Origin: an uncultured archaeon
Lineage (GTDB): Archaea > Asgardarchaeota > Lokiarchaeia > Sigyniarchaeales > Promethearchaeaceae
Direction: 5' to 3'
DNA length: 31,873 nucleotides
NCBI GenBank assembly: GCA_964426185.1
Contig: CAYRPF010000034.1
Location: 1 to 31,873 of the forward strand
Shown here piece after piece: positions 18,304-27,237 of this stretch; within the stretch, counting starts at the first letter, position 1, and each line of letters opens with the position of its first letter. Both the position numbers and the translations under genes were made by a program. The notes beneath the pieces were generated by a model. It saw only the letters and a program-made list of their open reading frames with translations, was not told the origin of the DNA and did no database searches.

Positions 18304-18582
18304 ATGAGTATCTATCAAGTAAAAAATAAATCGAGTGGAAGCACCCAACCAACCTTAACTAATCAGGTAGGGTATGAAATAACAAAAATCCAAGAAAATG
18401 TGTTGAAAAAAGCATTTAATATCCCAAAAATCTTTAAGAATTTCAATTCTTGGATTAAGAAAAAATATTCAGCCTACAATCAAGAAAGAATGAGCAACTT
18501 GATTCAGCGGAAAAATTTTAATTCAGAATTAGAATTCCGAACCTTGTATTCATACAAAGATTTTGCTTTTCATAATCATTAG
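18304..18582 (+). CDS. Small hypothetical protein (92 aa)
   Basis: GGAGG SD upstream of ATG, TTTAAATA box at about 18223, T-rich tract downstream. Confidence 0.75.
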   Translation: MSIYQVKNKSSGSTQPTLTNQVGYEITKIQENVLKKAFNIPKIFKNFNSWIKKKYSAYNQERMSNLIQRKNFNSELEFRTLYSYKDFAFHNH

Positions 18583-18644
18583 CAAAAAAATTTTTTCCCT
18601 TATTTTGTCTTTTGTATCAATCTTTTGTTTCAATCACTTTTCAA

Positions 18645-19613
18645 TTATTCAATGTTAGGTACTTCAAGAGGAATGGATAAAACCTGAATCCTCCGCTCTC
18701 GATGAACTGCGACAACATGCTTGCTTAGTATAATTATCCCAGCTATATTTAAAAGAACTCCAAAGACAGATAAGAACGTTAAATGAAAAGTAGAATCAAT
18801 AACCAGATATAATACCATTGGGAATGAGAGGAAAAAAGTGTTGTAAAAACCAGTCATTATGGGTGCTTTTGCATCCAAACTATATGCCCATTGGGTTAGA
18901 AAAAAGGAAAGACCCCCCATAAGAAGAGAAAGAAGGAATAAAATCCAGCCTGGAATAGTCATTGGTAAAAAGGATGATACATTAGACACCCCATATTCTT
19001 GTCCAATGTCCTTAAATATTGGATCTAATGAACCCATAACTCCAGCTACAGCACCAAAAACAATTCCGATTAGGGCTGACGATTTAACCTTTAATGCAAT
19101 AACAACTCCCATTGCAGAAAGAATAAAAATAACTGCAATGGTGATCCAGGCCGCAGTGAAGTCTAATTCATTTTTTTGAGGCACACGGAGAATATTTTCA
19201 ATGCCTATGAGTATTGTTCCTCCCAAAATTGCGTTAATTCCATACATTTGAATTCGTGGAATTTTGTCATGCATTACCTTTTTAGAATAGTAAAATAAAA
19301 TTAGCATTCCGATTGGAAAAACACTGGTGAAGTAGGGAGCTCGACCATATCGTGTGCCAATGGTTCCCCAAATAAGAGGTGTTTGATTAAGTAAAACACC
19401 AACCAAGTAAATCCACATATAAACTTTGGTATTTTTCGTAAAAATCTTTCGTAGATCATGGGTAAAACGATAGGTGGAACCTTGGTTAATGATTTTATCG
19501 CGATTTTTCTTAAAAAGGCGAATACCATGATCTTGCATAGCCCTAGAAAGATGTATGATAAGAGTATTTATAAGCCCCAACAAAACTGTCAACCATATTA
19601 AAGAACCGCTCAT
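18645..19613 (-). CDS. DMT-superfamily (NIPA-like) multi-pass transporter
   Basis: About 9 TM helices with DMT/NIPA-like Gly spacing; GGTGA SD. Confidence 0.65.
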   Translation of the reverse strand: MSGSLIWLTVLLGLINTLIIHLSRAMQDHGIRLFKKNRDKIINQGSTYRFTHDLRKIFTKNTKVYMWIYLVGVLLNQTPLIWGTIGTRYGRAPYFTSVFPIGMLILFYYSKKVMHDKIPRIQMYGINAILGGTILIGIENILRVPQKNELDFTAAWITIAVIFILSAMGVVIALKVKSSALIGIVFGAVAGVMGSLDPIFKDIGQEYGVSNVSSFLPMTIPGWILFLLSLLMGGLSFFLTQWAYSLDAKAPIMTGFYNTFFLSFPMVLYLVIDSTFHLTFLSVFGVLLNIAGIIILSKHVVAVHRERRIQVLSIPLEVPNIE

Positions 19614-20171
19614 GATCCACTATTTTCACCTAAGGATCTATAAGTATTTTAAAATGATCTTTAAGGAGAACACACGAGCCATTTTGCAAGAGAAAAAAAA
19701 AAAATTAATTATCAATCCATATCCAAAAACTTCATATTTAGATATACAAAAACCGAGACAATTAGACCCTTCTCGACCATTTTAGGGAAATAATCAAACC
19801 AAATTTCCACAAAATCCATTTTTTTTCAACATCTTTTTTGTCAAATATTGTCTTTGCAATCCATTCTTCTTCGAATTGAGTGAATTGACGGCTAAATTTA
19901 AAATTGTAAAGGAACTTTTTCTTATTTTTCTTTCGACACAGCCTTCAAACAATAAAGAAAATACCCATATTACCAGAGAAATCATCAATGTTATCATAAA
20001 AGATCTATAAATAAGAGTTGGTTGCCTTGCAACAAAATATCTTAAAAAATCGAGATTTTTTCTTTCTCAGTCATTTCATTTGGATATTGTATTAAAGGAA
20101 GAAGCAAATATTTCTAATTTTTGGCATTTATCTATGCTTTAAAATAAGTATAGTGATGATTTCATCTGCTT

Positions 20172-21119
20172 TCATCTGCCACCTTCATCAAATTGGGATT
20201 GGTATGCTTTGAGAACTCTTTGTGCACGTAAAGTATTAAAGGCACTGTATGCCCGTGGTTTTCCTAAAGGAAAAAATTTCTTTCCTGACATTTGTTTCCC
20301 TTGATAGTAAAATCCATCCCGCCCTTTATTTTGGATAATCCTTAACGCATCTTGCATTCTAGAATCATAGGGTACCTCAACACTCTGGAAATAATCGAGC
20401 GCAGTTAAAATATTATACTTCCATCGTGGTGGAAAGGAGATTTCGATGAAATCTTGATGAATAATCTTTTTCGTACGATGAGATTTATACAGTTCATGAA
20501 TTAATAGAAATTCATGAGCCGGTTGAATCAAATCATGCACCTTCAATTGATAGGAAGGATAATTTAGAGCCAATTCACGTAATCCTTCTAAAACAAGCAA
20601 AGTCGTATGCATCGAAGAGTGTTTGACTTTTTTATTCGGATATCGACCCAAACGGCAATTCCATCCTCCATCTGGAAGCTGATTTCTCTTGATATACTCG
20701 AAGAGATCCTTTTTTATTTTTTTTTGCTCCTTGAAAAATGCGAGAATAGATAACCCCATTCCTGTGATACAAGCATCTACTCGAGTCATATCTTGCTTCG
20801 GATCCGCAGTATTCCCTATTGATTCGATTTTAACTAATTCTGCGCATCCTTTCGAAATTTTAGGATCTTCAGGTGATTCAAAGCGTCGTAGTAACATTAA
20901 GGTGTAATGGGTGCTGATAAATTTTGGACCATAATAACCTTGTCTCCATGTGCCTTCCGGATCTTGGAGTGCTAGCAATTCTTTTACCCAACCCGATCTC
21001 AACATTGCATTGCGTTCGGCCCTAAGATCCCTTTCGTCGAGATTCAGTAGATCTCGTTTAGTTTGATAAACAACTGCTGGATCCGAATTGAGTAACCAAT
21101 TTATAACACTTTGGATCAT
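20172..21119 (-). CDS. Prenyltransferase/squalene cyclase-like alpha-alpha toroid protein, function unknown
   Basis: QW-type repeats QDPEGTW and QLPDGGWNC; WLL..DP.V.YQ..RDLL and FPPRW.Y motifs. Confidence 0.75.
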   Translation of the reverse strand: MIQSVINWLLNSDPAVVYQTKRDLLNLDERDLRAERNAMLRSGWVKELLALQDPEGTWRQGYYGPKFISTHYTLMLLRRFESPEDPKISKGCAELVKIESIGNTADPKQDMTRVDACITGMGLSILAFFKEQKKIKKDLFEYIKRNQLPDGGWNCRLGRYPNKKVKHSSMHTTLLVLEGLRELALNYPSYQLKVHDLIQPAHEFLLIHELYKSHRTKKIIHQDFIEISFPPRWKYNILTALDYFQSVEVPYDSRMQDALRIIQNKGRDGFYYQGKQMSGKKFFPLGKPRAYSAFNTLRAQRVLKAYQSQFDEGGR

Positions 21120-21449
21120 AAATATATAAGCACCTAAGTTGTTAAAAGAGTTTAATTTCTTAGAAATGTTAAATCTAAAACCTTTTCTAAAGCTATGCCC
21201 TAACTACAGTGAACTGCAGCAATATCGAGCACTGATGGGTTAAAGACAATGCAACAACACAATTACTTTGTAAACCGGAAGATATACTTTACTGAATCAA
21301 TAGCTCGGGTGTAGTGATGCGATTTTAAGTAAAATGAAGTTAAAAAAAAACTAAGTTTCGCTAACTTATGCCTTCATTTCCATACTTGTTTTTAAATCCC
21401 ACAAAACAGTTAAATAAGGTTAAGTGATTAAATAATTACTACTTTAGAG

Positions 21450-22493
21450 GTGAAGAAAATCTCATTTCAAACTACCGTTAATCCTTCAGATGCATACTAT
21501 CGATTCGGTCAAGCTATGAAAAAGTATGCGATTGCTCAATGGATTTCCTTGGGTGTCGGAATTATTTACGTAATTATTACATATGTTGGAATATTTGCAA
21601 TGATGAGTAGTTTTATTGACATGGAAGACTACTCTTATTACTCTACTTTTGGAATGATATCCCCTATTGGTGGATTTTCAGTCTTTAGTTGGGTATTATC
21701 AATTGTAATGCTGGGAATTGGAATTTTGGTATTGGTAAGATATATTCAATATCTACTTCGGTTAAAAGAGGCGACAGATATCTCTCAATCAACAAATCTA
21801 CAACAGCACTATAAATTTGAAATTTGGTCGTTGATTTTAAGCATTGTTCTGCCGATTATTGCAGTGATTGCAGTTTTAGGCTTATTCGTTCCTTTGGTAT
21901 TAAATTCTACATATATATCGATAAATCCGGTTTTCCAGCTATTTTTAGCGGTAAATGCTTCAGTTACTCAAGCGTCTTATACCTCATTTTTAGGCATAAT
22001 GATTCTCATCTTAATAATTCTTTTAATCTTTGGAATCCTTCTTTTCGTTTTCCGAGTGTTGAGTGTACTTCGCTTGGATGATTGGGCCTCGGAATTATTG
22101 GCTCAATACGGACCTAATATGGCTGAGATCAAAGAAGGCACCAATTTGATTAAATGGGGAGTGATAATTGCCATCATTCCTATTGCTAGCTCGGTTTCTA
22201 CTATAGTAACTCTAATAGGATTTACAAAGGCTGGAAAAGCCATTGAAAATACTTTTGCCGGTGGTGGTTTTTCAAGTGGATCAGAATTCGCTTCGTATAC
22301 CTCACCTGCTCCAGGAACCTTGGGAACATCAGGAACCCCTAGTGGGCCAAATGCTTCTGGAACTACTATACCCTCCACTTCCCTTCCACAAACCAACGGA
22401 GCTCCTTTAGAATTAAGATGTCCGTATTGTGGTGCGCTTATTCCATCAAAAGATGCTAAATTTTGCGGCGTTTGTGGAAATGCATTACGCTAG
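21450..22493 (+). CDS. Multi-pass membrane protein with low-complexity linker and C-terminal zinc ribbon; GTG start
   Basis: 5-6 hydrophobic segments, G/S/T/P-rich linker, CPYCG...FCGVCG. Confidence 0.8.
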   Translation: MKKISFQTTVNPSDAYYRFGQAMKKYAIAQWISLGVGIIYVIITYVGIFAMMSSFIDMEDYSYYSTFGMISPIGGFSVFSWVLSIVMLGIGILVLVRYIQYLLRLKEATDISQSTNLQQHYKFEIWSLILSIVLPIIAVIAVLGLFVPLVLNSTYISINPVFQLFLAVNASVTQASYTSFLGIMILILIILLIFGILLFVFRVLSVLRLDDWASELLAQYGPNMAEIKEGTNLIKWGVIIAIIPIASSVSTIVTLIGFTKAGKAIENTFAGGGFSSGSEFASYTSPAPGTLGTSGTPSGPNASGTTIPSTSLPQTNGAPLELRCPYCGALIPSKDAKFCGVCGNALR

Positions 22494-22778
22494 ACAGGTT
22501 TAAATACCTTTCTTTTTTATTTATTTATTTTAACCTTATGATCTCTCCTATTTTTGATTTTCTTCCTTAATTTACTTTCTCTCTTGATAAGTAACTTTAA
22601 AGCAACTTATTCATCCATTGGTTTATTCAACAATTCATCTAGCGGAATCTTTTTTATCATTAACTTTCATAAATACAATAGATGATGTAATCTAGGTTCT
22701 CTTAAGTTATTCCCCATTAAATATCAACACTACAAATTATGAATATTATTGATATTATCTAATCCGATGGTGATTCAT

Positions 22779-22976
22779 TTGGCTGAAGATCAAACAAAAT
22801 TCAGAAAAGAAGTCATTTCTTATTATCGCAGAAACGTTTATGATTATCAAGGTGAAGTGCTCGAATGGATTCCGAGAAATAAAACACGTATTCTTGATAT
22901 TATGAAAGAAAATTTCAAAGATCACTCACTCACTGAAATTGAACGGGTGTTAAACGAATATTACTCAAATATGTGA
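22779..22976 (+). CDS. Small hypothetical helical protein (start uncertain: TTG at 22779 after GGTGA, or 22767/22749)
   Basis: Protein-like composition, SD-like GGTGA, T-rich tract after the stop. Confidence 0.6.
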   Translation: MAEDQTKFRKEVISYYRRNVYDYQGEVLEWIPRNKTRILDIMKENFKDHSLTEIERVLNEYYSNM

Positions 22977-23169
22977 ACACAATATTTTTTCTTCCTTTTC
23001 ATACCTATTTCTTCCTATTTTTCTCTTTTCCAACCTATCTCTCTCTTTTCTTACTTAGTTATCTCCATTTTCTTTTATTCTATACGGATTTATAGATTTC
23101 CTAACGCTTAACTTCAAAAAAAGCATAAAAAATAAAATCTTGATTTAAAGAAAACGAAAATTCAGCAGA

Positions 23170-23496
23170 TCAAGCTAATTTCATTCCGGGTTTAATTTTT
23201 GCCTTATATATTGGATCTGGCTTCAATAACACAGCTGAATTATCAGCATCCACCGCTAACAAAAAGCCCTCAGAATTTAAACTATCTAACTTCAAATTCG
23301 TAGCAATCAACACGAATTCCCCTATTAAATCTTCAGGTTTATACCATTCCTTGATTGCAGATATGATTTTCCGGGGCTTTTCCTCACCCACATCTACTTT
23401 TAATTCCAACAAAGACTCTGAATCCGATATTTCATGGCATTCAAGAACTTTACCCAGTTTAATATCCAAATCATGAAATTCTTTAAAACTTGACAT
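23170..23496 (-). CDS. Stand-alone tRNA-binding OB-fold protein (Trbp111/CsaA/MetRS C-terminal-like)
   Basis: F..LDIKLGKV, LL.LKVDVGE..R.I.S.I..WY.PE.L.G, NL...SEG.LLA, KPG. Confidence 0.88.
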   Translation of the reverse strand: MSSFKEFHDLDIKLGKVLECHEISDSESLLELKVDVGEEKPRKIISAIKEWYKPEDLIGEFVLIATNLKLDSLNSEGFLLAVDADNSAVLLKPDPIYKAKIKPGMKLA

Positions 23497-24083
23497 CAAA
23501 ATTCATCCCACACTTTTTTATTGAGAGATACACCTTAAGATAATAAAGGAATTTAGCTTAATAAAACTATTTTGCGGGGCAACTTTCCATGGCAAAATAT
23601 TTCAAAATAAAGCAAATATACCCAAAACAGCATTTTGTTGAATTATGAAGAATATAACTTCCCAATATTCAACTTGTTCAACCATTACGTTGTATATCCA
23701 AGCAATTGTTGATCCTTTGGTGCTTGGTGTTATTGTAAACCACCAATAATACTACAAATTAACGGATTTAGAATTTAGAAAATCAAATGAAAATTAAAAT
23801 AAAAAAATTTAATTGCGACGAAGAATGTATTGACTGCCAATAATCCAATCCTTAACTTAAATAACCAGCAAGTACACATGTTTCTCCCAATTCGACTCTA
23901 AAGCTAACTACTTAATAATGTCGCCCACTAAATACCTATACTACCTTCGAATCTTCGATTTTTCCCCCAATTTTATCTCCCGCCGCCCAGGAAATTATAA
24001 GATCTGCATTCTGTCAGATTCTCCTTTTTGTCGCAATCATTATAGATCCAACCAAATCTGATTCAATCTTTGCCCCATTCCCC

Positions 24084-24098
24084 CCAAAGCTTTATATA
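24084..24098 (+). promoter_or_regulatory. BRE/TATA promoter of the histone locus
   Basis: CCAAAGC-TTTATATA; predicted TSS about 24121-24122. Confidence 0.6.
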
Positions 24099-24214
24099 CT
24101 TACTCTACCATATATTATTTAGATTGTGATCCCTTACTCATCCACACCGTTATACAAATTACACACGATGAGTCCCACAATCAAATGAATAATTAAATGC
24201 GGAGAAAGATTATT

Positions 24215-24436
24215 ATGGCAAAGAAAAGAAGAATTTTTGCATGGTCTCCTTTGCGCGCCTTGATGAAAAGCGCTGGAGCCGAAATTGTATCTCGTGAAGC
24301 TGTCGAATCCTTGCTCTTCTACTTAGAAGATCGAGCGAAAAAATTAACCGAAATGTCCTTGAAATTCGCGAAACACGCAAAGCGAAAGAAAATCACGAAA
24401 GACGATATGGGTTTAGCCATCGAGTACTACCACTAA
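24215..24436 (+). CDS. Archaeal histone, paralog 1 (start MAKK at 24215 after GGAG; ORF track starts at 24197)
   Basis: Histone fold: P+R.LM..AGA..VS..A, FAKHAKRKKITKDD; N-terminus matches paralog 2. Confidence 0.95.
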   Translation: MAKKRRIFAWSPLRALMKSAGAEIVSREAVESLLFYLEDRAKKLTEMSLKFAKHAKRKKITKDDMGLAIEYYH

Positions 24437-24491
24437 ACGTCGTATAGGAGAAAAACCCTTTTTTTCAATCTTAAATAAGAAGTGAACAATA

Positions 24492-24710
24492 ATGGCAAAG
24501 AAGAAACGTTTATTCGCCTGGTCACCTTTGCGTGCTCTTATGGCGAGTGCTGGGGCTGAGATAGTCAGCAGAGATGCAGTGGAGGTTCTTTTAGATTATT
24601 TAGAGAAGAGAGCGAAGATGTTGACTGAATCGGCTATAGTTTTTGCGAAGCATTCGAAACGGAAGAAAGTTTCGAAAGGCGATATGGAATTAGCAATAGA
24701 GAATTTATAA
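24492..24710 (+). CDS. Archaeal histone, paralog 2
   Basis: Histone fold; 53 of 72 residues identical to paralog 1 by hand alignment. Confidence 0.95.
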   Translation: MAKKKRLFAWSPLRALMASAGAEIVSRDAVEVLLDYLEKRAKMLTESAIVFAKHSKRKKVSKGDMELAIENL

Positions 24711-24730
24711 AATTTAAAGAGCGGAATAAG

Positions 24731-24772
24731 CCCGACCTATTAGGTTTGGGAGTTTTTTTTCCTTTCCTTTTT
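24731..24772 (+). terminator. Hairpin plus oligo-T terminator after the histone pair
   Basis: CCCGACCT-ATT-AGGTTTGGG followed by AG and T8CCTTTCCTTTTT. Confidence 0.65.
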
Positions 24773-25137
24773 GAGCAGAAATTTCAGTTTCACATTCATC
24801 TTTTAATTTATTTTCATTTTGAAATTTTAAAATTTTTGGCATCGTGCGATTCGGCTTGATGCGAAAAGCATCCTAATATTTATCCCATATTTATATTGAA
24901 CTTAATAATTTGATTTTAAAATCTAAATTCAAATATAACTACAAAATCAAATGTTTTAAATACGTTGAATTCTAGACAAATTATAGTAGAAAATATTTTA
25001 TGAATTTAAATTTGTAAAATATTTTATACATTATTACAAAAACTAATCTTTTTTTACTATTAAGTAAAATTTATTAGGATTCGTTATGTTTTTATTTTAA
25101 TCGCCACAACAAACATAACAACAGAGATAAGAAGAAA

Positions 25138-27126
25138 ATGCGAGAAATTCAAGAGGGCAATGAGGTTAAATTGCTTGAGAGGTTATTTCAGACCAGTCAA
25201 TTTCATGAAGGGTTAAAACTCTGCCAAGAAATGTTGCAAGATCAACTTCTTTCTTCAGCGGTCAAACAAAAAGTCGCCATCTTCAAGCTACGATTTTTAG
25301 AAAAACTGGAATATTATGAAGAGGGAATAAATAGTGCCCATGATCTCTTGAAAACTCCACCTGTGCTAAAAAATTCTCTATATCGAACAGACATATTGAT
25401 TGAGTTAACCAAATTGTATTTTTCAAGTGGTCAAATTAAGTTGGTGATTCGAACCATCCAGCGTGCCGAGGAATTACTCTATCATAATAAATCCATAGAA
25501 ACTGAAGAATTAGAGCAGAAAATGGCGGAATTAGTCCTCTTAAGGGGAGGATATGAATGGCAACAAGGGGAACTTGAAAATGCTTTGTTTTTCTTCAAAT
25601 TTAACTTGGAGCTTCGTCGAAAATACAACCATCTTCTCGATTTGGCTCATGCACTAAATAACGTAGGAGTAATTTATAATGCAATTGGTAATCTTTCTAA
25701 AGCATTGACTTATTTGAAGGAAGCTTACACGGAATATGAAAAAATAAAATCAACGCGCGGAATATCAAAAACGGGCTACAATATCGGAGCAATTCTAATT
25801 CAAATGGGAGAATTGGATGAGAGTTTGGAATATATGCGTAAATCCCTACAAATAGATGAAAAAGATAATTATCATGAGGGAATTCGTGTCGCTTTGCAAA
25901 ATATGGGAGAAGTTTACTGGCATAAAGGTCAGTATGATAGGGCACTAGAACTGTTAACAAAATGTATGTCGATGGTGGAAGAAAAAGACCAACATTTTGA
26001 GATGAGTGAAGTTTATATCCCGTTAATTGCAATCCATATTGAACAGAATAATGAATCTGCAGCCTATCAATGTTTGACCAAATTATATAGAATTTATTTT
26101 AATAATCCCAATAAAGTGATTGCACAACGTTATTGGCTGGGAAAGGGAATGTTTTTTAAATATCTGGACACTCATCAATCAAGGATAAAAGCAGAATACT
26201 ATCTAACTCAAATTATACAGGATGAAATGCGTTATTTTGACATCACCGCCATGGCTATGGTGGAATTAACCGATTTATATTTAGAAAAAATGAAAAAAGA
26301 TAGCACAAGTAAAATGCCATCTTCCTTAAGTCGTGTTTTGGAACAAATGATCACCTTAGCCCTGCATAATCATTCGTATTCCATGACTGCAGAAGTCTTA
26401 TTGTTGAAAGCTAAACTGATTTTCTTGCAAGGTGAAATAGGACATGCTCATGAACTACTTCAGAAAGCAATTCGTCTTGCAGAAGAACATGATTTGGAAC
26501 GAATTCACGTAAAAATTATTCAAGAATTAGATGAGTTCTTAGAAAAAAGTGCATTTTGGCAAGTCGAACTAATAACTGGAGATCAAAATCCTAACAGCAA
26601 GATCTCTTCCAACCAATATAATACTTTGAAAGAACAAATTAAGTCTATTTTTGCTCCAGATCAATCAGGAAATTCAGCTTCCACGAATTTAAATTCATTA
26701 TCTTCATTATCTGGCATAAATAGAGAATCCATCAAACCCGAATGCTTCCTTTTAATTAGTCCACAAGGCCGGGTTATTCTTCAAACACCTTTTCATTCTA
26801 AATGGGAAGCAGATTCACTGTATTTCAGTATTTTTCAAATCAATCTAATGGGATTTCTGCAAGATTTTGTTGCAAAGGGAATTGACATCACCAGTTATGA
26901 AGGTGTAAAACTTCACTTTTTCAAGATAAAAGAAATTATTGGATGTTTCATTTATCAAGGACCGCTATCTATCGCAGTTAAAAAAGTAGAAGAATTATTA
27001 CCTCGAATTGAGGAGTATTATCCCAGATTAACGCAATTTAAAGAATTCGAAGCACAACAGCGTGGATTTATGAATTTATTACAGCAAGAATTTTATTTTT
27101 TGATTACCAGCTTGAGTAGTGCCTAA
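25138..27126 (+). CDS. TPR-repeat protein with C-terminal longin/roadblock-like domain
   Basis: MalT-type TPRs (ALNNVGVIY, YNIGAI, QNMGEVY); C-terminal pattern FLLISPQG..I...F...F...L..F..D.V..GID...CFIYQG. Confidence 0.8.
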   Translation: MREIQEGNEVKLLERLFQTSQFHEGLKLCQEMLQDQLLSSAVKQKVAIFKLRFLEKLEYYEEGINSAHDLLKTPPVLKNSLYRTDILIELTKLYFSSGQIKLVIRTIQRAEELLYHNKSIETEELEQKMAELVLLRGGYEWQQGELENALFFFKFNLELRRKYNHLLDLAHALNNVGVIYNAIGNLSKALTYLKEAYTEYEKIKSTRGISKTGYNIGAILIQMGELDESLEYMRKSLQIDEKDNYHEGIRVALQNMGEVYWHKGQYDRALELLTKCMSMVEEKDQHFEMSEVYIPLIAIHIEQNNESAAYQCLTKLYRIYFNNPNKVIAQRYWLGKGMFFKYLDTHQSRIKAEYYLTQIIQDEMRYFDITAMAMVELTDLYLEKMKKDSTSKMPSSLSRVLEQMITLALHNHSYSMTAEVLLLKAKLIFLQGEIGHAHELLQKAIRLAEEHDLERIHVKIIQELDEFLEKSAFWQVELITGDQNPNSKISSNQYNTLKEQIKSIFAPDQSGNSASTNLNSLSSLSGINRESIKPECFLLISPQGRVILQTPFHSKWEADSLYFSIFQINLMGFLQDFVAKGIDITSYEGVKLHFFKIKEIIGCFIYQGPLSIAVKKVEELLPRIEEYYPRLTQFKEFEAQQRGFMNLLQQEFYFLITSLSSA

Positions 27127-27190
27127 ATAGTGTCTAAATGGAGCAAGAATATTGTCTGAATAATGAATAGTGCTTGAATTGTGCATAAAT
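27115..27190. repeat. Degenerate 11-bp tandem array starting across the stop codon
   Basis: agtagtgccta/aatagtgtcta/aatggagcaag/aatattgtctg/aataatg/aatagtgcttg/aattgtgcata. Confidence 0.75.
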
Positions 27191-27237
27191 TCTTTTTTTC
27201 AATTCAATATATCTTAATTTTCTTTTTCTACTGGTTC

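Noticed and set aside
19555-19997. Listed ORFs 19555-19785 (+) and 19794-19997 (-)
   Set aside because: Low-complexity composition, runs through promoter or terminator tracts, no recognisable features
23570-23600. ORB-like element (GCGGGGC-AACTTTCCATGGCAAA)
   Set aside because: Single, poor match to the ORB consensus; no orc1/cdc6 nearby
23601-23750. Minus-strand hydrophobic frame (YYWWFT...VEYWEVIFFIIQQNAVLGIFALF)
   Set aside because: Under 50 codons, bounded by stops, no supportable homology; possible relic only
24731-24760. Eukaryote-type histone 3' stem-loop (SLBP site)
   Set aside because: Does not match the GGYYYU-UYUH-ARRRCC consensus; hairpin plus T8 is adequately explained as a terminator
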